IMG/VR virus record: IMGVR_UViG_3300019935_000001
Location: 36,145 to 100,144 of that record
Length of the DNA: 64,000 bases
Reading direction: 5' to 3' (one strand)
Source of the DNA: a virus
Lineage: Duplodnaviria; Heunggongvirae; Uroviricota; Caudoviricetes
This document shows positions 1 to 8,693 of this stretch, one piece after another. The notes under the pieces were generated by a model. The model worked only from the letters and a program-made list of their open reading frames with translations, searched no databases and was not told where the DNA came from. The position numbers were made by a program, and so were the translations under genes. Positions within the stretch are counted from its first letter, which is position 1. Every line of letters begins with the position of its first letter.

Positions 1-164
1 TCGTCCGCAGTGTGCCAGTGACGCTCGGCGAAGAGGGCCTTGAGTTCATGGCAGAGCTCCACCGCGCAACTGCAGAGATCGAGAGCGGCAAAACACCGAG
101 CCGAATCCTTGCCGACATGATAGAGCACCCAACCCTTCCAGCTGAAAAGATTTTCAGTAGTCAC
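1..164 (-). CDS. hypothetical protein, N-terminal part only (gene runs off the window start)
   Basis: Minus-strand frame stays open from GTG at 164 (GAGGTG about 9 nt upstream) to the window edge. It starts just downstream of the rep stop. No recognisable motif. Confidence 0.3.
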   Translation of the reverse strand, partial: MTTENLFSWKGWVLYHVGKDSARCFAALDLCSCAVELCHELKALFAERHWHTAD

Positions 165-174
165 TCGCTGCACC

Positions 175-1305
175 TCAGAATCGCGGCGTAACCCACCGAC
201 CGGTTTGGATTAGATTCAAGCAGACGTTGATTCCCTTCTGAACCGGCCACCACTCCATCGAACCAAACTTCAACGACCAGTCGATCTCCCTAAGCAAGGT
301 CTTCACCCGATCTGGAGCAATCCCCATTTTCTCAAGTCTGGTTTTCACCTGCAGACGAATGTGCGGAAACATCTTCCACGAATCGCGCGAATGCGCTCCT
401 GTTGTCGTATAACATATCTCCGTAGGAGATTTATTTACCTTAGTACTTTGTGTCCCAGATTTGCGACCCCCCTGGCTGTCACCTCTGACACCCCCGCTGT
501 GAGTATCTTTTGTCAGTTCGGGCTGACTTGTCAGAGCGTTTCTAAGCGCGTTCAAATGCCGAATTGCTGTATTGTCACTACTTCTCTGTTTGCGCTCGTT
601 CTGAGCTAAAGCAGAGCGTTCTGCGGGCACATTCTCGCCGGGTTTCGGCTGTAGATTTCGATCTGAACAACCTTCTTCACATGTGCTGTGCTGAAAATCA
701 TAGTCGCGGATAGTCGCGATATATTCTGGTTGTTCAATTTGATCTTTGTAGTAGTCGCGGATAGTCTCGCTAATATCGTCTGGTTGCTCGCATAGTCCCG
801 GATAGTCGCGGTATTCATTGATTTTATTGTTAGAGTCGCGAACAGTCGCGGGGCAATCTTTCTTTACCTTCCGAATCTCTTCAAACTCATGTGCCGTTAT
901 CTGCTTGCTGATCACCTCGCGGGGGGTCGCGGACTTTCGTATCTTTTCCATTTCCTTCATCGGTAGTCGCGGACCATAGATGTTAGGCAAACTCTCACCG
1001 TCTGTTCCATTTCTCGTGACCACCAAAAGATAACCACCTTCCCGAAGCTCTTTGATTAATCGCCAGATAGTTGACTCCGACTTGCCTGTCGCAACTTTAA
1101 GGTAAGTCGCGGAGGCTTCAGTCTTCATGCCTGGTTTAAGCGCTGCCAACCTGTAAAGATTCAGCCACAGGATTTTGGCGGCGTCTGACAAGCCTGATCT
1201 CAGAAGCACATGGTCAATTACAGATGTCGCAAGGATGCGATATTCGTATCGCTCGTTGAGATATTGAAGCTGCTTCTCTGAGCAGGGTTCACACGGTCTG
1301 GACAT
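175..1305 (-). CDS. putative replication initiator (winged-helix N-terminal domain; iterons embedded mid-gene, lambda O-like layout)
   Basis: 376 aa. N-terminal wHTH-like segment (LSDAAKILWLNLYRLA...SESTIWRLIKELREGGYLLV). Central linker with repeated (T/S)IRDY peptides encoded by DNA repeats. Sits next to parAB. Confidence 0.6.
   Translation of the reverse strand: MSRPCEPCSEKQLQYLNERYEYRILATSVIDHVLLRSGLSDAAKILWLNLYRLAALKPGMKTEASATYLKVATGKSESTIWRLIKELREGGYLLVVTRNGTDGESLPNIYGPRLPMKEMEKIRKSATPREVISKQITAHEFEEIRKVKKDCPATVRDSNNKINEYRDYPGLCEQPDDISETIRDYYKDQIEQPEYIATIRDYDFQHSTCEEGCSDRNLQPKPGENVPAERSALAQNERKQRSSDNTAIRHLNALRNALTSQPELTKDTHSGGVRGDSQGGRKSGTQSTKVNKSPTEICYTTTGAHSRDSWKMFPHIRLQVKTRLEKMGIAPDRVKTLLREIDWSLKFGSMEWWPVQKGINVCLNLIQTGRWVTPRF
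701..851. repeat. iteron array: four tandem pairs of a 10-bp TAGTCGCGGA-type repeat
   Basis: Pairs start at 701/711, 752/762, 793/803 and 832/842. Core GTCGCG(G/A). An AT-rich patch lies at 812-831. Extra copies at 924, 964, 1103, 2418, 2448, 2488 (reverse) and 3364. Confidence 0.7.
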
Positions 1306-1323
1306 TGCTGTTCCCCTTAAACG

Positions 1324-1348
1324 AAAAAAGGGTCGCGAAGCGCGACCC
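1324..1348 (-). terminator. GC hairpin GGGTCGCG/CGCGACCC plus T6 on the minus strand (intrinsic terminator and/or Rep operator)
   Basis: Minus strand reads AAAGGGTCGCGCTTCGCGACCCTTTTTTCG. The arms are an inverted pair of the iteron core. It lies 25 nt upstream of the rep start codon. Confidence 0.5.
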
Positions 1349-1408
1349 TTTGGTGGTTGAGTAGTGTTGAGGCATTAAAAAAGGCCGCATTAAGCGACCT
1401 TTTCTTGT

Positions 1409-1598
1409 TTTGTCGTACCGGTACGACAAATGCGATTTTGGGTTATCTGGCGGGGGCGTACTGTATCTCATGGCCTCTTCTTCAATTCTGTCGTACCGGT
1501 ACGACAAACCTGCTTTGCCATACCTTTCTGATTTTGTCGTACCGGTACGACAAACGGTTTGTCATACCCTTTTTCTGTTTTGTCGTACCGGTACGACA
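1409..1598. repeat. parS-like centromere: four copies of the perfect palindrome TGTCGTACCGGTACGACA
   Basis: Cores at 1411-1428, 1489-1506, 1535-1552 and 1581-1598. The last three sit in 46-bp tandem units with similar spacers. The array lies directly downstream of the parB stop. Confidence 0.7.
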
Positions 1599-1600
1599 AA

Positions 1601-2659
1601 TTACTTCACTTTGGCTTCTGCCAGCTCCAGTAAGACCTTCAGGCAGTCATCTACAGAGACATGCTCAAGCAGATCCTTGCGCAGAGAGATCGTAGGGGTG
1701 CCATTGCTGTCGTTGCGGACAGTGAAGCACTCCTGACCATTCACCTTCACAGTGTTGGTCTTTGAATTTGTCGTACCGGTACGACAATGCTCTGTCACCT
1801 TGGAAACGCTGATCTTCCCATCACGTATTTTATCTGCGATCTCAACCAGCTTTGGTATGTTCTGCTCATTGTCACTGCAAAGGCGAGAGAGCAGTTTAAC
1901 CATCTTCAGGCCAACACCTGACATTGGGCCAATAGCTTCTATCAGGCCCCCTGGTAACTTTGTGTATGCCAGATGTTCGCTAATAACCCGACGATCCCGC
2001 TCAAGAGCCACTGCCAGTGCAGACTGGCTTTTATAGACGCCATCGTTGAGCAGCTTGCTCCAGAACATGGCGTCAGCCCATGCTGATAAGCCATCACGCT
2101 TGTCATTCTCCAGCTGCTGGACACGAGCTGCCTCGGCATCAGTAAGTGTCCGGACATTGGCCGGTACTTTGATTCCAAGCTCCAGACAGGCTTTCCAGCG
2201 ACGACGGCCCGCGATCACTTCAAATGAACCCGGTTGGGACGTGTCGGGGCGCACGATGATCGGAACCTCAATGCCTTCGGCTATAGACTTAACGAACTCG
2301 TCCCAGTTGCCAAACTCAGACTCCGGGCGATTCGCATACTTCCAGGGTTTGATTTTTTCAGCAGGGATCAGCCGAACCAGAAATTTATCATCTGGCTTTT
2401 GTGTGGACTTATCGTAGGTAGTCGCGGGCCTCTTCTTTCCTGAACTGCCAGTCGCGGTAGATTTTTCAGCTGCCTTGTTTTTGGCAGCCCGCGACTCTTC
2501 TTTCTTTGGCGCAGGTGAATCCGTTTCCGCTGCAGGAATTTCCAGCGCAGACAGGTTCAGGCCACTAATATCTGCCTTCGGAGCTTGTCTGTCCCGGAAT
2601 TGTTCGGACTGTGCCAACATCGCACCCATTGCGCCTGTCAGCTTCTTGTCACCAGCCAT
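1601..2659 (-). CDS. parB: ParB partition protein
   Basis: 352 aa. ParB-box motif FEVIAGRRRWKACLELG. Immediately downstream of parA (3-nt gap). Palindrome array follows. Confidence 0.85.
   Translation of the reverse strand: MAGDKKLTGAMGAMLAQSEQFRDRQAPKADISGLNLSALEIPAAETDSPAPKKEESRAAKNKAAEKSTATGSSGKKRPATTYDKSTQKPDDKFLVRLIPAEKIKPWKYANRPESEFGNWDEFVKSIAEGIEVPIIVRPDTSQPGSFEVIAGRRRWKACLELGIKVPANVRTLTDAEAARVQQLENDKRDGLSAWADAMFWSKLLNDGVYKSQSALAVALERDRRVISEHLAYTKLPGGLIEAIGPMSGVGLKMVKLLSRLCSDNEQNIPKLVEIADKIRDGKISVSKVTEHCRTGTTNSKTNTVKVNGQECFTVRNDSNGTPTISLRKDLLEHVSVDDCLKVLLELAEAKVK
1769..1786. repeat. fifth copy of the TGTCGTACCGGTACGACA palindrome, inside the parB 3' coding region
   Basis: Exact 18-bp core within parB, encoding ...HCRTGTTNSK... 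Confidence 0.6.
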
Positions 2660-2662
2660 TTA

Positions 2663-3826
2663 TTAATCCATCCCCCACACTCGGCAATAATCTTCAAAGA
2701 TCTCGCCGTATACCAGGTTGAAGTTATCGATTGCCCGCTTATAGGACTCACGGCTCGACAGAGGCTTGTTAAGGTCATAGACGCTTGTCAGTTGCTCACA
2801 CGCCTTCTCGACCTCTGTGGTCTGCACAATGGCGTTACTGAGGACGTATTCGCCGTATAATTCCCTGATGTCAGACTCGACCTTCCGGGCCGTCTGAGTG
2901 CCGCTGTGTTTCGTGATCAAGATACGCACGTAGTCCATCTTCTTGTCTACTGCATCGAACAGAACAGACAGGGAGTTGGAGAACATCACGAACGAAGCCA
3001 GGTCGTAGGTGGCCGGAGGCACTGGGATAACCATGGCGTCCGCTGCGATCAGAGCATTCGTTGTAAGAGCGCCCATGTTCGGCGGGCAGTCGATCAGAAT
3101 CAGGTCGTATATAGGGCGGAGGGCATCCACGACGCGCTTCAGGCGAAGTAGAGGCTCACCCATCTTGCGGGAATTGTTAACGTCCCGGTTCGGGAGAGCC
3201 AGGTCAAGATCCTGAATGCCCAGGTTAGCCGGAATCAGATGGACATTCGGAACGTAAGTCTGACGGATCACATTCTGCAGTGCTGAGTAGTCCTCAAGAA
3301 GCACTGGGTGAATGGTATCTTCAATTGTCAGTTCCAGGTCCGGGATGAATGGCCCCAGCGAGAAGGTCGCGGATGCTTGAGGGTCGAGATCGATAACCAG
3401 AACCTTCATGCCTTTGTTCGAGGCCATATAGTGAGCCTCATTGACAACGCTCGTGGTTTTGCCAACGCCACCCTTGAAGTTACTTGATGCCTTTACGATG
3501 GCACCAGTACCAGAGGGTTTCTGAAAGCCTGTACCAAGCTGTTCGCGCAGTTCCTGGATACGATGAAGGGTGTAGATCTTGCGACCGTTTGTGCCTTTCG
3601 GCGTGTCCTTGTCGTGTTCTCGGAGCCAAGGTACAGAGCGACCAATCATGGCTGCGGCTTCGGCAACACCATATGTCCGTGGCTCTTTCAGGGTCTTTGG
3701 GGAAACTATCGAGGCACGTAGCTCTTCGAGTTTTGCGCTCCCTTTACGATTGAAGTTGGCAAAAGTCTCGCCCGCGTTTTCCATGGCAAGCCGTGACTTT
3801 ACTGTATCGAAGAGGTCTTCTGACAT
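2663..3826 (-). CDS. parA: ParA partition ATPase, type Ia (long N-terminal extension)
   Basis: 387 aa. Deviant Walker A KGGVGKTT. Size matches P1 ParA / F SopA. parB lies downstream. Confidence 0.9.
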   Translation of the reverse strand: MSEDLFDTVKSRLAMENAGETFANFNRKGSAKLEELRASIVSPKTLKEPRTYGVAEAAAMIGRSVPWLREHDKDTPKGTNGRKIYTLHRIQELREQLGTGFQKPSGTGAIVKASSNFKGGVGKTTSVVNEAHYMASNKGMKVLVIDLDPQASATFSLGPFIPDLELTIEDTIHPVLLEDYSALQNVIRQTYVPNVHLIPANLGIQDLDLALPNRDVNNSRKMGEPLLRLKRVVDALRPIYDLILIDCPPNMGALTTNALIAADAMVIPVPPATYDLASFVMFSNSLSVLFDAVDKKMDYVRILITKHSGTQTARKVESDIRELYGEYVLSNAIVQTTEVEKACEQLTSVYDLNKPLSSRESYKRAIDNFNLVYGEIFEDYCRVWGMD

Positions 3827-3852
3827 TTGATGGTATCTCTGTACTTTGTCCT

Positions 3853-3873
3853 ATATGGCAAATTTAAAGCCAT
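3853..3873. promoter_or_regulatory. candidate parA operator
   Basis: Inverted repeat TATGGC-N9-GCCATA 27 nt upstream of the parA ATG. ATGGCAAA / GGCAAAAG repeats at about 3855, 3879 and 3905. Confidence 0.35.
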
Positions 3874-3930
3874 AAGTAGGCAAAAGCAAGGTTTTCTCAA
3901 AAATATGGCAAAAGGGTTATTTTAGGGAAA

Positions 3931-3960
3931 ATAAAAGGTGGCATCGAAATGCCACTTTTT
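3931..3960 (-). terminator. hairpin GTGGCAT-CGAA-ATGCCAC flanked by A/T runs
   Basis: 7-bp stem at 3938-3955 with T-rich sequence on both strands. Positioned after the 4068..4502 minus-strand gene. Confidence 0.5.
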
Positions 3961-4067
3961 AACTGCTAAGGCCCAAAATGCTAGTGAAGTTAGGCCTGGA
4001 ATGTTTGCTATAAAGGGCCTGTGTTTACAGTTGTCTACAAGGGATGACCTCTATGAAGCAGAAGCCG

Positions 4068-4502
4068 CTAGTCATTCGACTGGTAATACTCTCTTATCAA
4101 TTGGTCGATTTTGGCCTGCAACTCAGGGTCGTAACTGCGCTTCTTGGTACCAGATTGTCTAAGTGCATTTAGTACCGCCTGCGTTGAGCCAATTTCAAGG
4201 TCAGATTTGGGTAACAGGTTTACTGCATCGAGTGCTGAAGATACGCCGTCCAGGTATTCTCTAATACACAGGATGGCAAAATTTGCTGGGTCTATCTCGA
4301 TAGCTTTTGCCAGCCTGACTGCCTTGTCGATAGGGACTTTGTATTTACCCTGGCGAATCATTGCAATGTTGTTGCCAAGCTTGAAGCCTGCTGCTTCAGC
4401 TATTTCCTGATGTGGCGTCTCTGCAAAGTCATTGAAGACGGTCTTGTCTACAAGCTCAGCGACCGGACACTCAAGGTTTTCGTGCCGTGTTTTACGTCTC
4501 AT
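4068..4502 (-). CDS. putative HTH DNA-binding regulator (XRE-like)
   Basis: 144 aa. HTH-like segment HQEIAEAAGFKLGNNIAMIRQGKYKVP. Lies upstream of the par operon. Confidence 0.5.
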   Translation of the reverse strand: MRRKTRHENLECPVAELVDKTVFNDFAETPHQEIAEAAGFKLGNNIAMIRQGKYKVPIDKAVRLAKAIEIDPANFAILCIREYLDGVSSALDAVNLLPKSDLEIGSTQAVLNALRQSGTKKRSYDPELQAKIDQLIREYYQSND

Positions 4503-4899
4503 TTCTCTGTCTCTCTGTAAAGGCGCATGTGTCCCTTTCGACCAAACCGGATGCCGTCCGAGTTTCCCCTTCCGTTTTGATCACGCTAAGCAAAAGTTTA
4601 TAGAATCAGCTGTTATAAGTAAATCAGCACCTACTAACAATAACGCTTAATTGTTAACGCGGATAGTTTGTCAGTTCTGCCTTATTAAATAGGCATTACA
4701 TTGCCTCGTCAAATTCTATAGGAAATATTCTTAATTTTGACTGATCATTCTGCTTAATATTTACTGACACTTACGAAGCTAAGGAGGGCTTAACTAAGTT
4801 TATAAGTTTGCTCTTACAATCTAACTATTAAACTTGTACTATCCCGTTTCGCTGATTTTTGTCAGCAAAATCGTTTGAAGACTGAGTATTGGATGTATC

Positions 4900-5100
4900 A
4901 TGAATCAAAAACCACAAGCATTGACTGCGGAGCAGTTCGTAGAGTTCCTCGAAATGGCTGTGATCTCCCACTCTGAAAGGATGGGCGCGAACACCATCTA
5001 CACGGTGAGAATCCCGGAGGGTGATGGACACTATGATGCTTCGCTCATTAACTGCTGTGACGGCTCCGACTTCATGATTCGCCATACGTCTGTTTGCTGA
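4900..5100 (+). CDS. hypothetical protein
   Basis: 66-aa ORF in the same orientation as downstream genes. Weak RBS. An antisense ORF of similar size overlaps it. Confidence 0.3.
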   Translation: MNQKPQALTAEQFVEFLEMAVISHSERMGANTIYTVRIPEGDGHYDASLINCCDGSDFMIRHTSVC

Positions 5101-5149
5101 GAACACCATGGGGGGGGCAATTTAGCTCCCTTATTTTTCGGTTTAGTAT

Positions 5150-5169
5150 ATAAGTCAGCTATTACTTAT
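5150..5169. promoter_or_regulatory. dispersed palindrome ATAAGT-N8-ACTTAT (candidate operator/promoter element)
   Basis: ATAAGTCAGCTATTACTTAT, 20 nt upstream of the cobT-like ATG. Confidence 0.5.
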
Positions 5170-5188
5170 ATTAAAGACGAGAGCGAAT

Positions 5189-7360
5189 ATGAACGGAAAG
5201 CAAAAACGTATACAGGTGATCAGAGAAGCGATGCTCAAGGTGGCCCGAATTATGGCCGGTCGTGGAATCAAGATCACTCAGGCGGGCACTGGTGCTTTTG
5301 TTCGGTATAACAGTCACACTGGCTGTATCGAAAGGATCAACATTCCGATGATCCCGGACGATGCCAGCGAAGATTTGATCCACGCAACGCATGGTTTCCT
5401 GGATCACGAGATCGGGCATGTGCTTTTTACTGAGTACGAATGCTTTGCAAAAGCGAACAGGGCCAAATGCGGCGTCTTGTTCAACATTGCGGAAGACACC
5501 TATGTTGAGCGAATGATGCAGTCCGAGTTCACAGGTTCAATCAGTAACCTGGGCAAGTCATGCCAAATCATGACTGAAAGGTACATTGAGCCGAAGCTCC
5601 GGGAGCTGCTGGCGCACACCGTTCCAACCGAAAAGGATTGGTGGGGGCTGTTATGTGCAACCTCTATCCGGGCAATAGCCGGGCAGGAGCACTTCATCGA
5701 TTACATGAACCAGGACGATAAGTGGGATCTGATCCCGAACTTCGGAAAGGTTCTGCGAAAGCACGAAGCTGAGATCAAGGCGATCAGTAGTTCACAGGAT
5801 TCGTATGAAGTGGCATTGAAGATCAAACAGGACATGCTGGCAGCTGAGCCCGAGGAGCAGGACAGTGAGCCAGACCAGTCCGGCGGTGACGATCAGCAGA
5901 GCGGTGGAGAAGGTAAAGCTGAAAAGCCGCAGGGTGACAGTGAAGGCGAAACCGATGATGGCACCCGAGCAGACGATACCTTCTCGAAAGGTGAAGGTGA
6001 AAGCTCTGGCGAAGAAGAAAAAGATGATTCTTCTTCATCTAGTAGCAACACACAACATAACAAAGACAGTGAAGATGATGACCAGTCAGACGAATCGGAT
6101 GCTGATAGCGATGACTCAAAGGGCGAGTCCGGCAGTGCTGGCTCCGATAGCGCTGAAGAAGGTGATGGTGAATCCGACGAAGGCCCTGGTGCCGGTGATA
6201 GTTCGGGGGATGGTTCAGACGATGATGAAGACTCTGAATCAGAAGGCAGATCAGGGGGTGCAGGCTCGTCAGCTGGCGGCGATGACGCAGGTGAAGGCGG
6301 CGATAGCGAGATTGATGCAGATGATGTGATTAATGACCCGATGGCTCCGTTGCTGACTGAATCAGAGGTGGAGAGCATGGGTGAAGACTTCGACGATGCG
6401 ATGACAAAGGTTATCGGCGAGATGTCAGCTGATGCACTTAGAGGCTCTGAAGAATATGTGCCGTTCACACGCGACTGGGACGTTATCGAGCCACTGAAGC
6501 TATCAAGAAACTACGATCCGAATCTGGCCGACAAGGTTGCTGATACAGTCAATTACATGGTTGGCACGATGGCGAAAAGTCTGGAGCGTGCATTTCGTGC
6601 AGCCAACCGATCCCGCTGGGAAGGCGGTAAGAAGTCTGGCCGTATTAACAGCGCCGCACTATCCCGATTACTGGCAAACGACCCACGGGTGATGCGTACC
6701 CGCCAGGAGATGAAGACTCGTGATGTAGCTGTTTCTCTATTGGTGGACTGCTCCGGCTCTATGAGTGGGAAGAAGATGGAGGTTGCGTGTCAGACTGCGT
6801 GGGCGCTGGGCGAGGTGCTATCAAAGCTGAATTTGCCTTGTGAGATACTGGGGTTCACAACCTGCAGAATCAAAAACCAGTTCGACCATTTGGAGAAGGA
6901 GCTGGCTGATGTATTCCGTGACGGTACAGGTCAGCAATTCAGCAGGTTCGAGCCGATCTATATACCTATATTCAAATCATTTGATGAGCGGTTTGGTACG
7001 GCAGCTAAAGCACGCCTTGCGGATGCCGCATACGAGGGTATGCGGCGGAAGATGAACTGCAATATTGATGGCGAATCTCTGCTGTACGCAGCCGAGCGCC
7101 TGCGGAAGCGCCCGGAGCCAGGAAAGGTAATGATTGTGTTGTCAGACGGAGCCCCGGCCGGTGTAGGTAAACAACTTGAAGCTCACCTGAAGAAGGTGGT
7201 CAAAGATCTCAATACCGAAGGCATCAACACTGTCGGGATCGGCATCATGAGTCAGGCGGTGAGATCTTACTACCCCCGCCATGTAATCCTGAACAAAGTA
7301 GAGGACCTCCCAAAGGCAGTTGTAGGGGAGCTGCGGGAGGCAATTCTGGCGAAAGACTGA
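5189..7360 (+). CDS. cobT: CobT-like protein with C-terminal VWA domain
   Basis: 723 aa. MIDAS motif DCSGSMSG. About 160-aa D/E/S/G-rich acidic region (nt about 5843-6329). N-terminal HEIGH (HExxH) at nt 5405-5419. Paired with the CobS-like ATPase. Confidence 0.7.
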   Translation: MNGKQKRIQVIREAMLKVARIMAGRGIKITQAGTGAFVRYNSHTGCIERINIPMIPDDASEDLIHATHGFLDHEIGHVLFTEYECFAKANRAKCGVLFNIAEDTYVERMMQSEFTGSISNLGKSCQIMTERYIEPKLRELLAHTVPTEKDWWGLLCATSIRAIAGQEHFIDYMNQDDKWDLIPNFGKVLRKHEAEIKAISSSQDSYEVALKIKQDMLAAEPEEQDSEPDQSGGDDQQSGGEGKAEKPQGDSEGETDDGTRADDTFSKGEGESSGEEEKDDSSSSSSNTQHNKDSEDDDQSDESDADSDDSKGESGSAGSDSAEEGDGESDEGPGAGDSSGDGSDDDEDSESEGRSGGAGSSAGGDDAGEGGDSEIDADDVINDPMAPLLTESEVESMGEDFDDAMTKVIGEMSADALRGSEEYVPFTRDWDVIEPLKLSRNYDPNLADKVADTVNYMVGTMAKSLERAFRAANRSRWEGGKKSGRINSAALSRLLANDPRVMRTRQEMKTRDVAVSLLVDCSGSMSGKKMEVACQTAWALGEVLSKLNLPCEILGFTTCRIKNQFDHLEKELADVFRDGTGQQFSRFEPIYIPIFKSFDERFGTAAKARLADAAYEGMRRKMNCNIDGESLLYAAERLRKRPEPGKVMIVLSDGAPAGVGKQLEAHLKKVVKDLNTEGINTVGIGIMSQAVRSYYPRHVILNKVEDLPKAVVGELREAILAKD

Positions 7361-7471
7361 TTTACCTGTAAAAACAGAACAAGAAAGTTGAGTCCCCTTG
7401 CTCTGTTTTTTACAATGTAAGCTCTTACTTAGCAATTAAGTAGTAACGACACACTAGAGACGGACAGAAGA

Positions 7472-8683
7472 ATGACGACCAAAGCTATCAACTGCGAAAT
7501 CTGTGGCGCATCGGTTCACACGATCAAAAAGCACCTGCGTGACGAGCACGAAGAGTGGACTCTGGAAAAGTATCAGGAAGAGTTCCCGGACGCTCCAATC
7601 TTCTCTGAGCTGGCGCTGCGGAAGATTGAAGAGGCCCGCAGTAGAACAAAAGCATCGGTCACGCAACTGGCAGAAGCTAATCCGGCTCAGCAGATCATCG
7701 AGCAGCAGAGCGTTAAGGTCGGAAAGATCGAGATGGGCAAAGCGTTCCGTCTGGGCAACACGAAAGCGACAGTCTCCCAAAAGTCTGGAAACCCGATCAT
7801 GATCACTCAGCTGCAGCGGGATAGCGTCAACTCGCCAGATATGATCCCGGAGTTCGATGATGGCTATATCTTCGACATTGAAGTCCTGAAAACGCTGTTG
7901 ATGGGCATCGAGCTGAGCATTCCTACTTACCTGTATGGTCATGCCGGTTTGGGAAAATCAACCATCTTTGAGCAGATTGCATCTGTCACCAACCGCCCGA
8001 TTCGTCGTGTGCAGCATACGGTGAATACAGAGGAATCTCACATCGTTGGTCAGTACGTTGTGAATCATGTGGAAGACCCGAAGACGGGCGAGCTGAAGGC
8101 GAAGACTGAGTTCCAGCTCGGCGATCTGCCGCTGGCGATGATGAACGGTGAGATCTTCCTTGCCGACGAGTACGACCGTGCCTATCCGTCTGTACTGTCT
8201 GTATACCAGGCAGTGCTGGAGGGTAAGCCCCTGCATATCAAGGATGCACCCGAAGAGCTGCGCGTGATCAAACCACATCCGCAATTCAGATTCGTAGCGA
8301 CCGGCAACACAAACGGCGCAGGTGACGACACCGGCTTGTATCAGGCTACGGTCGTACAGGACGCTGCGACATTTGAACGCTTTGGAATCGTTGAACGCAT
8401 CGACTACATGCCGAAGAAGCAGGAGGTTGCAATACTCCGAGCCAAGACCGGTTTGCTGGAAGAAGACGCCTCGGACATCGTGAAGTTTGCTACGCATATC
8501 CGGAAAGACGCCTTCCCGAACGAAGTGTCTCTGACCATCGGCCCGCGTGTGCTACTGAATATTGCCCGCGTCGGTATCGCCCGATTCAACACGCTGAAAG
8601 GTATCGAGGTTGCATACGCGAACCGACTGCCGGAAGCCGAGCGCCAGGCTGCTATGAACTATGCGCAGCGGATCTTCGGCTAA
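7472..8683 (+). CDS. cobS: CobS-like / MoxR-type AAA+ ATPase
   Basis: 403 aa. Walker A GHAGLGKS, Walker B IFLADEYD. N-terminal CxxC..H..H (CEICGASVHTIKKHLRDEH). ACACACTAGAGAC leader 10 nt upstream. Confidence 0.8.
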   Translation: MTTKAINCEICGASVHTIKKHLRDEHEEWTLEKYQEEFPDAPIFSELALRKIEEARSRTKASVTQLAEANPAQQIIEQQSVKVGKIEMGKAFRLGNTKATVSQKSGNPIMITQLQRDSVNSPDMIPEFDDGYIFDIEVLKTLLMGIELSIPTYLYGHAGLGKSTIFEQIASVTNRPIRRVQHTVNTEESHIVGQYVVNHVEDPKTGELKAKTEFQLGDLPLAMMNGEIFLADEYDRAYPSVLSVYQAVLEGKPLHIKDAPEELRVIKPHPQFRFVATGNTNGAGDDTGLYQATVVQDAATFERFGIVERIDYMPKKQEVAILRAKTGLLEEDASDIVKFATHIRKDAFPNEVSLTIGPRVLLNIARVGIARFNTLKGIEVAYANRLPEAERQAAMNYAQRIFG

Positions 8684-8693
8684 GGAGCGCGTC

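Noticed and set aside
1409-1598. Regularly spaced identical repeats that could be mistaken for a CRISPR array.
   Set aside because: There are only four units, the repeats are fully palindromic, the spacers are mutually similar (tandem duplication), and no cas genes are present. The position after parB fits a centromere.
1289-1736. Three track ORFs (1289..1507-, 1357..1695+, 1410..1736+) with repeated SYRYDK / CRTGTTN peptides.
   Set aside because: The repeated peptides are simply translations of the TGTCGTACCGGTACGACA palindrome copies. The region is intergenic centromere-like DNA.
5865-6468. Long alternative-frame ORFs (5865..6329+, 5893..6468-) over the cobT-like acidic tract.
   Set aside because: These are low-complexity artefacts of the GA/GAT-rich repeat. 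The cobT-like frame is continuous and carries the VWA domain.
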